Positions 24,371-38,300 of a DNA stretch of 64,000 bases are shown one piece after another. The notes under the pieces are model-generated. The model was given only the letters and a program-made list of their open reading frames with translations. It did no database searches and was not told the origin of the DNA. The first letter of the stretch is position 1. Every line of letters begins with the position of its first letter. The DNA lies in the NCBI GenBank assembly GCA_044892505.1, contig CM097882.1, positions 219,790,001 through 219,854,000 of the forward strand, in the 5' to 3' direction. The position numbers and the translations under genes were made by a program. The DNA comes from Schmidtea nova (taxonomy: Eukaryota).

Positions 24371-27300
24371 CATGAATAGGTGTCAAAAATTTATAGTTGG
24401 AAATTATGCCGGCAGCTAAAATATTGAAAATAACAGCTGAAAATGGCAGTGCCAAAATTTGTGTTGAATCAAAAAAATTTTTTTTTCAAATTTATTGTCT
24501 GAAAAAAATGAAAATAAACGAATACGGTTGCGTTTGTGTTCAAGCTTATAATAATCAGAGGATTGTACTTTACGTTTTATGGTACGTAATACATCAGTAG
24601 GTGAGACAAGTATTCAATCACTCAAAGTTTTATAAAATACAGATTCAAGTAACGGGGATCAACAATAGCATTTAGAGGTAATTAATATATTAATATTATT
24701 GAATAGTAATAGGTAAAGAAAATAAATTCTAAATTTTGGAGCGGTACTGTAAAATAATCTCTATATTTTATCTACTAGAGTCGAAAACAGACGATATAAG
24801 AAAAGAAAGATGCCAACTACTGTTTGGTTGGGAAAGATCAAAAATTGAAATAAATATTAAACTTTATTCCAATAAATAAAAGTCATTAATTGAAAAAAAA
24901 TTTATATCAAAAATAAAATTTTATCATGGATTTCTAGAAAAATTGAATATTCATTAAAATTATGACAAATAATAATAAATTATTTCTAATAAATTGAAAA
25001 ACTGATTTTTAAAATAAAAATAAACTATAAGATAAGTTTCTAAAAAAATTGGAATTCAGGTTTTTCAAAGGAGTTAAATTAAAACTTCAAAACAACAATG
25101 AACTGTGAATGACAAAATTGAATTAAATACTCTTAGAATTACTATAGGGATTATTAAAGCACTCTTTCAATGCAAAAGTATTCAATCTGCTTCTGAAGTC
25201 TCCATCCTTTAATTATAAATATAACAAAAAAAACCGGAAATTAAGATTTAATTAATTTTTGATTAGTTTTTAAAGTATCGTTTAGTTTTCTTACGGCGCC
25301 TGATATAATTAATAGTTAACAATCACATTAATTTTTAGATAACGTAAATTAAATTTTCTTTTTTTATAATATCAGTCAAATAATTGCAAACTTCTTACAT
25401 CATCAGTTTGCGACTTGTTTTGCATAAACCCATACAAAACACCAACCAAAACCCCCAACACAACCAGGCAAGTCATCACAACAAGCACATAAACAAGGCC
25501 ATTCGGAGGTTCCGGTTTTGGTCGGCCTGGGCGATGATATGTTTGAACCGATAAAATTGGAACAGGAGGCCGATAAGATTTATAGTGGAGAGCTGCGGTA
25601 ACAAATTCCGCAGCAGAATTACTATTATCGAAACAGAGTCTGCCTGAATGAANNNNNNNNNNNNNNNNNNNNNNNNNNNNNNNNNNNNNNNNNNNNNNNN
25701 NNNNNNNNNNNNNNNNNNNNNNNNNNNNNNNNNNNNNNNNNNNNNNNNNNNNNNNNNNNNNNNNNNNNNNNNNNNNNNNNNNATGACCTTTGATCTTTTT
25801 TTTAATAGTAATATCAATTATTCCCAAAATGGTAAGACTATAGATCAAATACACACTTGATAAAGGCTGCGCCGAAATATTGTGTACTTATTTAAAGAAA
25901 TTTTGATCTATAGTCTTACNNNNNNNNNNNNNNNNNNNNNNNNNNNNNNNNNNNNNNNNNNNNNNNNNNNNNNNNNNNNNNNNNNNNNNNNNNNNNNNNN
26001 NNNNNNNNNNNNNNNNNNNNNNNNNNNNNNNNNNNNNNNNNNNNNNNNNNNNNNNNNNNNNNNNNNNNNNNNNNNNNNNNNNNNNNNNNNNNNNNNNNNN
26101 NNNNNNNNNNNNNNNNNNNNNNNNNNNNNNNNNNNNNNNNNNNNNNNNNNNNNNNNNNNNNNNNNNNNNNNNNNNNNNNNNNNNNNNNNNNNNNNNNNNN
26201 NNNNNNNNNNNNNNNNNNNNNNNNNNNNNNNNNNNNNNNNNNNNNNNNNNNNNNNNNNNNNNNNNNNNNNNNNNNNNNNNNNNNNNNNNNNNNNNNNNNN
26301 NNNNNNNNNNNNNNNNNNNNNNNNNNNNNNNNNNNNNNNNNNNATTATATTATTTAACTATTTTTTATTTATATTTATTTTGGTTTGTATAAATTGAAAA
26401 CCAAATTTAATATTAGTGAAACATAATCTAGTTATAAATAATCAGTAAACTTACTGATAGTTTTACAATTATTATTATCGACTTCCAAATAAACTTTCGT
26501 TCCTGGTTTTCCCTGTTGAACTGAATTTGATAACGATCTCTTTTGACGAGACTTTGACGAATCTAAGTTCGAGTTTTCGGCAAAAACTCGAATAGAAAAG
26601 ATCATCTGCTGTCCATTGCTGTTGCGCATTATGCGCACAACACTGTGCAATAAATGGGTCAATGACTGCAATAATTTAGTTTGATAACGGGCCACGAATT
26701 CCGTAGTTGACACCGGAAGCAGTAGAATTATGCCTCCAGGAATCGTTGAATTTCGAGATTCAATACAATCGCCTCCATCAAAACTGCACTCCATCGTATT
26801 ACATTCAAGTTGGCATTGTCCATCAGCGTAATGTTTATCACAAAACGATTGCAGAGGACATTGACCGATGGCATCCTGATAATAATTAAAATGTTTATCA
26901 TAGAAAATAAATTGTTCAGAATTCCAATTAAATAAACAAACATTACACCATAGTTCATGTGTACATATATATAATTTAGTTTTACCATGCAATCCCAGCC
27001 ATCAAATAAACAAGCTTCCGTGTTGCATTGCGGATCACAACGTTTGTTGTTGAACCAATTATGACAAGGTATATTTTCACTTTTGATAATTTCACAATTA
27101 CTCCACGGTGACGCAATGGAAATATCATTTCCGTCAATTCGTTTCGGAACCCGATGTAAACATTCTCCACCGTCGAATCTAAACAAATTGATACAATTAA
27201 TCATTTGAAATAAATTAAAAAAAGAATTGAAAATTCATTTGAAACCGAAAATCAAATCAGAATTATATACGCCCTAATACTGGTACTCGATCGTTCGGAA

Positions 27301-28080
27301 TCAACAAAACATTTTGTGTGAATTGAAATACTTCAGAGACAAATAAAAATAAGAGATCATTATTTAGTTTGAATAAATGAAATTTATATTGAATCTTTAA
27401 AAATTAAATTTAAAAAAACCATTCAAAATAAAATAATAAGAATAATAATAATAAATAATAATAATTATTATTATTATGATAATAATGATAAAAAATCAAA
27501 AAATCAAAAAACATTTCAGAATTTTACATTTCATTCATTAATATCGAATTAAATTTAAAGAAAATTCATTAAAAATAAAAAAATAATTATAAGAAATAAA
27601 AATAATAATAATAATAATAATTATAATAATAATAATTATAATAATTATAATTATAATTATAATTATAATTATCTTTTTCATTCACCTTTGATTATTTTTT
27701 AATATTATTATCAATAATTTCCATAATGGTAAGACTAGATCAAAATTTCTTTAAACAAGTACACAATATTTCGGCACAGCCTTTATCAAGTGTGTATTTA
27801 TATTAGTAATACACACTTGATAAAGGCTCTGCCGAAATATTGTGTACTTGTTTAAAGAAATTTTGATTTATAGTCTTACCATTATGGGAATTATCGATAT
27901 TAATACTAATAATTATAATTATAATTATAATTATTATAATAATAAAATAAAAATAAAATCATTCAATATTTCATAATTTTTTTTTCATTCCTTTATTTAA
28001 AGTTAAAACTTTTCAAAAACATTAAAAATAAAAAATAAGAATATCAAAAAAAAATAATAATAATAATAATAATAATAATA

Positions 28081-28122
<42 letters not shown>

Positions 28123-28235
28123 ATTAGTATTATTAATATAATAAAAAAATAAAAAAATCATTCAATATTTTATAATTTTATATTTCATTCCTTTATATAG
28201 AATAAAATTTTTAAAAAAACATTAAAAAGAAAAAA

Positions 28236-28266
<31 letters not shown>

Positions 28267-31200
28267 AATAATTATTATTATTATTATTATTATTATTATA
28301 ATAAAAAAAATGAAAAAATCATTCAATATTTCAGAATTTTACATTTCATTCATTAATATAGAATTATCACAGATTTCAGGAAGTATTCTAGATTGGAATG
28401 CAAACATTTGGGATGATTGTTATTTTAATTAGTATAATTACGCTGTAACTAATAGGCGTCTGCAATGTTTTGAGTTGATCCACTTTATAAATGATTATAT
28501 TTCAGATAGATTACTATTTTCCATTCAGTTCAAAGTTTTGAAAAACAAAACTAGACATAAAATATCGATTTTTAGTAATATTTTTAAATTGATTAAAATT
28601 TTTAGTGAAATGTGCCGAAGAAAATATGTGCACTAAGTAGGATTGGTAATAATTTTTTTTTGATAAGTTACTTATTCAAATTTTGAGATTTTAGTCGAAT
28701 ATAGGAAACCCTTTTTCGAGGCTAAAACATTTACCATAGAAATAAGAATTGCAAAAACATTTTATGAGATTCAAAAGCTTCTCTTAAAAGAATAAATTGT
28801 AGTAGAGATTTTTATGAATACTTATGTCCTCTTCACAAATATACTTCCACAAGTCATTATGATCCATCATTTGCCTTCATATATAAAAATGACTCCAATT
28901 TCTCATTTGGAGATAAACCAAAACCATATGGTGATCATGACAATAATTTTATGCCCGATTCCTTGACCATTGTCAAAGAGTCTTTGGATATGCGGATCAC
29001 AATTTTATCCAATTGGAGGGGGATTAATTGTAAATTGAGAAAATAAATGTTAGAACTAACTCCTTAAATATATTTAATATGAAAAATAAATAGCAACAAA
29101 AAAGTAAGAGTTATATGTGACAATCTATATTATAATATCATATAATGCAGTGGTTCTTACCCAACGGTACGAGACAGCATTTCTAGGGGTGAGGGAGAAG
29201 TTTATAAATGTATTTATTTGTTTATGCAATAAATAAATTATCTTACATGGAATGTGTGTTTCTAAATAAAAAATATAAACACATTTGTCAATGGGATGCG
29301 TGAGCTTATTTTCAAATTCAATGGAGTGCTGACTACTAAAAAGGTTAAGGGCCCCTGATATAATGCAATAAACAAATTAAATATGTCCTGTTCAACAATG
29401 CAATACAGGAAGCAATATTTATTAAAATTTTAAATGAAAATTTAAATGATAAATTCCCCTTTTCCAATTTATGAAAACTATGAAATATGTTGCAGTTGAT
29501 ATAGAAATTTCACAATATCTGGCACCAATTGTTTTATAATATTGAACTACCATTCAAATTCTATGGGAATTATTCAACAAACTTTACAGTTGGAATGCAA
29601 AATAAAAGATTCCCGATGAAAGAAAACATTACTAGACCCGTGATGTTCAATGAGTACTCCAAGGAGCTCTAGGACTCCGTGGTAATATTATAAAATTTGA
29701 GCATTTATAAATATTTTATAAATTACTCAGAATTATAATTTTTCAAGTTTTCTGCAGTTAGAATAAAATATTTATATACATACAAAGCAAATATTTTGTC
29801 ACCTTTAGACACTCATAAGGTTCATTAATTTAATCTGGATTATTTCAAAGAAAGACAGCTACTATTTCATAGTTGCCAATATCACCCTATTTTCATATTA
29901 TATACAAATTGAAACAGCCTTTTTATCTCATTGGGATTACCCAGCAACAAAAAATATAATTATATCAATAAAAAGTTAAACTAAATGCGTTGTAAATATT
30001 TTCTTTAATAAATAAGCTCTTTTTTCTTCATTGAAACTTCGCTTTTCAAAAGATTATAAAAATAAAATACTTGAAAATCGTTGTAGTAAACTATTATTAG
30101 TAAAATCTTTTATCTTCTTCTCCATTGGTCAGTTTTATTAAATTCAAAGAAATTTGTGTGTAATTAGAATTTTTTAAAGAATTTATTGATCAATAGTCTC
30201 ATGAAAAAGCAGAAAAAATAAAGTAAATAATCTTTGCTTTAAAAATATTAAAAAATAAACAAACCAAAAAAAACAATTCATAGAAGATGAGTAAAGAATT
30301 TTTTTCAACCAATGCATGTTAAAAAAACTGATTTGAAACAGTGATTGAACATATTCAATATAGAATTTTATTTCAATTGAAATTAAAAGAAGATTATAAA
30401 AGCTTATCTCACGGTTGAAAAATAAATCACTTTTATTTACTTTTTGGTTTTTCTAAAGCGCTTTTCATTTCTATTGAAAATATTAAATGGACTGACGTAT
30501 TCATATGGCTTATTGTCAGTGACACTTTGATGTTTTCTATTTTAGAATATATTGGCAGTATTTTTCTTTATCAATCGCTACAGTATTTTGGTACATAGAC
30601 AATTTCAGCTGACCCCAAAACACAATTATTGCAAATTAAAACGAATTACAAAAAAGCAAATTGGTTTGAAATAAATTTGTTTTTCTTGATGATTCATTGA
30701 CAGAACGGTTAAAATTAAATAAATTTAATTAATTAACTTTTCTCTCCCTCTATTTCAGTAATTTATACAATGGCTTGTTCTGTTGGTAAATAGAACTGAA
30801 GGAAATGCGCCTTGTAATGATGTTGAATCGTTATATTTCAAAAATATATTTGTCGTTAGATTTCTATTTGTTTTAGCATATATTCTACGTAAATGTTTCT
30901 GGTTTATAGATAAACGTTTTCGGAGTTTTTTCAAATTTTTTTGTTTTAATCGAATCAATAAAACTCCATTAGCTATCCTAGTCCGCCCGTCAAGCAGCGA
31001 GTCTCACATGGAAAGGCCAAACGGAATTGATATTTATAATTAACAATGTGACCGGGCTTGTCCGTAATTAAATATATTAAATTATATTTTTTCAAAAAAT
31101 AATACAACAAACATGGAATTGAAATAATTAAAAACAAACGCCAATCCAAAATTATATTCCGCGCAATTTATTTCGAGAAACTCCTTCTCATCATCAGATG

Positions 31201-34200
31201 GTTTTTCAGTCAAATATTAGAATTTAGTTCAAATAAATAGATTTATTTAAACAAATTTATCATAATTTTTAAAATCCACAAAATATAGTTAAGTGTTATT
31301 TTTTAATAAATCAATAATTAAAAAAAAATTTTAAAGTACCACGTTTTTAAAATGGAGAAAATAATTTTTCTTACACTTAACAGAAAATTCTCAGGGCTTA
31401 TGATTGTAAGATTTTAAAAACTATGAAAACGTTTGTGAAATTTAAACTGAAAAACGTGGAGCGCCTGCAATATATGCATTGCAGGTATAAATTGTAATAT
31501 AGTTCCGATGGTTCATTAACAATTTAATTATGCTCAACTCATAAGTGGTTTTAACTAAGGAGTAAATTCTTTTAACATCACGCACCAAGTTTTTTATTTT
31601 AATTTCACAAATGTTTTCATAGTTTTTAAAATCTTACAATCAAAAGCCCTCAGAATTTTTTGTGTGGGTGTAGGAAAAATTATTCTCTCTTTTTTAGTCC
31701 ACTTTTAAAACGTGGTACATTAAAAGTTTTTTAAAATTTATTTATTGTCTGCTTTTTAGTCTTCTGTGAGTGAAAATTTTCAATCAAATATTTTATTACT
31801 AAAAGTCATTTTGTTAATTAATAAAGATTAAAATTTATATTAATATCTACATTTGTATAGACATATATCCTGTGTATTTAAAAAACAATTTTTTTGATCC
31901 TCTTCTCGAAAATCGCCGTCGAAAATATACAATAAAAAAATATACAAAAATATACAAAAAAAACATTAAAAAATTAGGTAATCATTTCGAGGTACAGTTT
32001 TCCAAAAAATTAAAAATATGACGTACGAATTAATTTCTTTGAAAACTGAAAAGTACAGTTTAAAATGAAAATCTGCTGGAACAGAATGAGTTCATTTTCA
32101 TCACTTTTTCAACCAAATTTTATATATGCGCCCGAACCCTTAGTCCAAACCTGTGACAAACTATTGAATATTACATTGTCATCAAGTTCTTAGCTATGTT
32201 CAAAATTTCAAGACTCTAGCTCATTGGGACGTTAGTTAAAAACCGATTGCAAGAGTAGCAAGTTAATAAAAACATGGTAAAAAGATACAATTTTTTTGCA
32301 ATTTTAAAATAAATTTATTTAAAAAAAATTTTCAAGAATATTTGACAAATATTTTTATATTTGTAAACAACAGTATCACTGAAGACCAAATCTATCATCA
32401 TTAATTGAAAATGGTTTCAAGCTCGAGTACAGTACAAATAGACATTCTTCTCCAAAGTATGTAGCATTTTGCTCATGACATATGAAAAGTTACTTGTTGC
32501 ACAAACGGGGCATAATTTATCCAATTTCAGTTAGTAATTCTTAAAATTGCTAGTTATAATTCTTAATGTAATATTTTAAAAAAAAGTGGTTTTGGAGGGG
32601 TAATATGAGCTAATAATTAAAAATTTTTAAATTATTTTTTATTGATTAAAAAATTTTATCAAAAAAATTTTGCTTTTTAAGTTTGTTTCTTATTTTTATT
32701 ATTACTGCTCTTTATCTATGAATATTACAAGAACTGGTGATTACTCTGATTTTCTAGATTGTATATTTATTAGGATATTGAAAAGGTTTTGGGAATTTAT
32801 GAAATATTTGCTTTTTAATTTTACAGCGTTATGCACAAACAGACAAACATTACTGGGCTATTATATAATAGATATTTTCATCAAAAAAATTATTTTTGTT
32901 TACAATTTGATAATCATAAATTATAATCTGCAATTCCAACCATCAAATAACTGCTAAATCAGCATGTTGTAAAATATTTATAGTAAGTCAATTACAACTG
33001 AAAAAGTGACAACTAAGTTGCCGGAATTAATAAAAAAGAACTTTTGTAAAAAAAGGATAATGTAATACAGTGAATGTACAAAAGTCACTTATAATTTAAA
33101 ATCATTATCTTTAAAATAACCCTTTTAAAAAATGCGATCCCCTTATAACCTGAGAGTTGATTAGTATATTCATTGTATGCTTTTTTAAAACACCCGAAAA
33201 GATTAATGTATACCTCAAAAGGACTCTGGGTTCACTAATCTTCATGAATCTTTTGCATGTTCAAATCCTCATTCAAGATTTTTCTGACAGTTTTTCTCTC
33301 CAAATTTTATTTCACAGCAACTATTTTAATGCTAAACCTTCGATCGGTTCTTATCAAAGTTAATATGCGTTCACAATTTTCTTCATTTTAATCAGCTCTT
33401 AGTTGTCAGGATCTACTATTAACAAAACTAATATCCTTTTGAGTTTCGGTTTATTCTTTAAAAGCATTTGCTTTCTCAACTAATCTTTACTAACTGTGTT
33501 ATTATATATTTAAGAAGTTTCACTGGTTAATTTTCCTGATTTATTACAAAGTTTACTGCAAATACGTTTTTCAGTAACTTGATCTGCTATGATGACTGAT
33601 AAAAATATATGAAAACTGAAAAATAAAATTTGCATTAAACCATTCGATATCAACTAAGGAGTTAAGTCATACTTAAAGGTTTGTTTTAAAGCACCATTTA
33701 CGAGTTATTTTTTAGTGGGTTTTTCCTGTTCTGGTACCATGTACCAATTGACTAGTGCCATTTTAATGATTTTTGAAGCTGGAAAGAAAAAAGAGACTAA
33801 AAAGAGACTAAAAACGCCAAAAAAAGTAAAGGATTTTAAATTTTATATAAAAATATATCAAAAGTAATCTGATGAGGGAAGTAGATTGAAAAATTATCAG
33901 TGTCAATCAAATTCACTATGCATAACAACCAGGGAGTGGATGCCATAACAAGACAGTACAAGTGCATAATGAGTGCAGGGAAACAACAGTTAGCATATTA
34001 CTAAATCTCTCTAAAAATTTAATTGTTAACCGAATTTTTTTTTTTAAATAAAGAATTTAAATTTCATCTAAATGCTTATCTGCACGTTTGTTTATAATAA
34101 TGGATAAAATTGAATTTAATTAACAGAATAGAAGAAATCTATATTTTTATGTATAAAGTAAAGAAAAAAAAACAGGGGAAAAATGAATAAAAAATAAAAT

Positions 34201-35007
34201 GAAATCCACATTTTTTCATAACTAAAATATCGATGTGAGAAACAGGCAAAAAAGGAAAAAAATATAGATATCCAATAAACAAAAAATTATTTAAATAATC
34301 ATTAGGTTTGATTTAAGTCAATTTTCTTTTGGTAATTGTTAAAAACAACTTTGTGGGGGCAACCGAGAATCATTTGGTGACATTATCAATTAATGGAGAA
34401 TAAAAGTGTAAAAAAATAAGCAACCTGATTGGCAGATAAAATTAATTGAAGAAAAAAATATAATTCATGCACATTGATAATTTCTAATTATTAGACTTGA
34501 AAAATTAATAAATTAATATCTGACGTTCATCAGTTTACTTTATTTTGTCTTTGGAAAAAAATTATAAGTTTGATAATTTTGTAAAAATTTAAAAATTTAA
34601 TTGAAATTTATTTTCACTTTTGTCTGAAATCAGAATTTTTCACAGATGGCAATATAAACAACGCAGAACTGTTATCATCGAAATTTCATTGGCCAATAAT
34701 AAAAATAAAAATTATTATTTAAAAATATATTATTCGTAATAATGATTTTTAAAAAGATATATTTGCAAAAAAATCAAAATTCGCCTTTCACTAAAAATAA
34801 GGAGTCATAGGAAATGCATTGAGACATGTAACAAACTGAGCTTTTGAATATATAATATAAACGAAAATTTAACACGTTAAACAAATGACGATTCTCTGAA
34901 CGTCGGTAAGATAATATTAATTATAAGTTATTATATTAAAATAAAATTTTATTATTTAATTATCAGGGTTGGTGTAGTATTAAAAAGCGTCTAAAATAAT
35001 AGTTTAC

Positions 35008-35049
<42 letters not shown>

Positions 35050-35352
35050 TGGTTCTCAACCCGTGTTCCGCTAATCCGCTTTCAGTGTTCCTCGAAAAAA
35101 TCTATATTTTATCGTTAAATTTGCATTTAAGATACATATCATCAAAATTAAATTTGTTTTTTTGGTAATGTGCGTTTATTTTTAATATCTTCAAGACCAT
35201 TTATTAATAGAGGATGGTTCAAAAGTCGTTTCATTATTCACAAATGAAATAATATGCTCGTTTGTGATTTTTTAATGTATTTTATTTGTCAGTGTTCCAC
35301 GTAAAAAAATCATGTGAATTGTGTTCCGTGCTTTTAAATTAGTTGAGAACCA

Positions 35353-35393
<41 letters not shown>

Positions 35394-38300
35394 AAGAATC
35401 ATTATTAAAAATAATTTAATTAAATTAAATATATACTAAAATTATTTGAAATTTTTTGATAGTTTTTCGATTTTCAGATGACTAACTGATTAAAATAAAA
35501 TTCCCAATGTGATATTTTATGCGATTTTTAATGGGATGGGATATCACATTAGAGATTAAGAACATCACAGTACAGTAAATTTTCGATCAAAATCACAAAG
35601 GTGTATCAATTTTTAAAAAAAAATCATAAAAATAAGAGTGACAGTAGCGTCCATAAGGCGAACAATCGAATAAATACGCGGGACTCCAGGCTGTGGTTGT
35701 TGTTTATTACGTGATAAGTGTAAGCGACCTAAATAGTTTACACGAATACCTAAATTTAAGAGAAATAACAAACAAATTCCCTGAAACTAAATCAAGGAAA
35801 GTAAATTTATAAAATTTTTCTTTTCTTCTATAATACTATTCATGTGTCATGGGCTAAGTATTACTATTTAGATATGACTAAATGCCATATTTGTTTGTTT
35901 TTTGTTTATTTACTGGGTCTTCAAAATTCAAAGGCAGCCCTGGTGGCAGGTATCGAATTTTAATGAATCTATTTTTGATTCATATTTTGGGCGACTTCAT
36001 TTATCCAGCTAGATAGTTATCAAGTGTGGCAATTTTCTAGAATTTATTTTATCAAAAAAAAATATTATCAAAAAAAATAGTTCTCATGTTATAAAATAAA
36101 GAGAAGTTTAAAAAAATAGTTAACAGTTGCATTAAATTTATGTGTTTTTTAGGGGACCGGGAGCATCCCACCCTACGTACCCTTCAGTTGACTGATCCCG
36201 CTTATAACCCATAATTAAAAGTTCACTAAAAATACTCACCCGCATGCATATTTATTGCATTCCAAGTCACAGATTTTATTATCCGCTTTTGCTGCACATT
36301 TATTTATTTCACAATCATTGATTTCTTCTTTATACGTTTGGGAATTGTCAATAGATGCCAAATTGCATGCACTTCCTGTAATTTCACATTTTTCTCCACA
36401 AGAACCTTGAGAGAAAAAAATAATGCCAATTGAAAACACTACAACAAATTTTCTTACCCTTATTACAATGACAAATCGCCTTGCCAAATCCATCTACACA
36501 GCTGCCATTATTGTAGCACCTTGTTGAAAGGCACTCATTGACATAATCAATCTCACAAAACAGTCCTCCAACCCCTTGTGGGCATTCACATTTGAAAGAC
36601 ATTCGGTCATCGATTTCAAAAGGACGGCAAACTCCATTGTTTTTGCACACATTAAATTGGCACTTTTTACTATTAATTTTGCAGCGCTCTCCACCGTATC
36701 CATTTGGACAGACGCAGGAAAAGTTCAGACTTGTTCCCACTTCAACTTCATATTTATTCATGCAGATCCCATTATTAAAACACGGCACGTTTCCGGATTT
36801 TCGATATTTTTCACAATAATCAATTCGGGTCTCACAATACTTGCCGGTGAAATATTTTTTACACACACACAGAAACGTTCCAGGTCTGTCCAGGCAGTCT
36901 AAGGTGCCAGTCGGTGAACAGGGTCCGTGAGGATTAGAAATCAAATTAGTTGCGTTGCCTGCAATATTGTATCTACACTCATTAATGTCGATTTCACAGA
37001 GTTTGCCCGCGAACCCCTTGGGACAAATGCATTTAAAATCTCCAATAACATTTTCACAAATGCCGCCATTTTGACATTCCTAAACCAAGACAAAATTAAA
37101 AATTCTTCAATTTTCAATTTAATCAAGGAGAAATAAAAACGATGTAAAATTACTCTAGTAATTGACTCAAATTTAAGTCGGAATTTGGAGAAGAAAAAAA
37201 ACTAATTTTATTAAGCGGTTTCATAACTTTGAAAATTGAAAATAATAAAATCATTTTATTAATAAATAATCGTCTGGCTATTTCATAAAATTTTTGGAAA
37301 AAAATAAATATTATTTTTTTTGTTATTTGTAAATTACACAATGCTTCATATAAATAACAAATGCCTTAACAGTTAATTAATTAATTATTTTGTTTTATCA
37401 TTAAAATTTTTTGTCTTGTTCACCTTTGATCTCTTTTTCAATTTCATTTTTTCCCCATAAATTTACACTAGATCAAAAAATCTTTAATTTATAATGGAGA
37501 ACAGCGGTAACGAATTCCGCAGCAGAATTACTATTATCGAAACAAAGTCTGTCTGAATAAAATGGAAAATTTCATTAATTAATTATTTAATTAAATAATA
37601 ATAATAATAATAATAATATTAATAATAATGATATCTTTTAGCAGTTATTTTTATTAAAATAATACTCAAAAAAGACAGTGCCGAAAAATTGTATTAAATA
37701 GTTAAAAAAATAAAAAAAAAATAAAAACAATAAAAAAATAGAAAAAATTGAAAAACTTCAGCTGTATAATTGCCAACATAAATTTTGTTTAAAATCATGA
37801 GATGAGTCGTTTATTTTGAAAATGGGACAAGTTTATTTTTTATAACGAGATTTTTAGAGATATACTTTTTAATAACATTAAAAATATTAATATCAATTAT
37901 TTACATAATGGTAAGACTATAGATCAAAATTTCTATAAATAAGTACACGATATTTCAGCATAGCCTTTATCAAGTGTGTATTAATATTAGTAATACACAC
38001 TAGATAAAGGCTGTGCCGAAATATTAATAATAATAAAAAGATCAAAGGTGAAACAAAAAGATAATTATGATATTAAAAATATTGCTAAGCTTTATAAGCC
38101 AATTTTCATGTTTTTATAGTTATAGATCAGAGATGCTCCAACTTCTTACTTGGAGCCGCAATTGGACATTTTCTCCGGGCTCACTGTCGCATAAACTATT
38201 TTTAGATTTTAAAAATATCAATCCTGAACAATACTGTGAACACATATAATTTTTGTAAAATAAGGAAACCCCAATAAATTTTGAATTGTCAGAATCCTGC

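Noticed and set aside
30755-31050. ORFs 30755-30958 and 30783-31043 and a GGLG motif as a non-LTR RT remnant
   Set aside because: Too short and stop-ridden to support a call.
32730-32872. Helentron/HINE-like 3' end (ACAGACAAACA...TATATAATAGAT)
   Set aside because: Only a loose resemblance to recalled motifs; no 5' end or second copy was identified.
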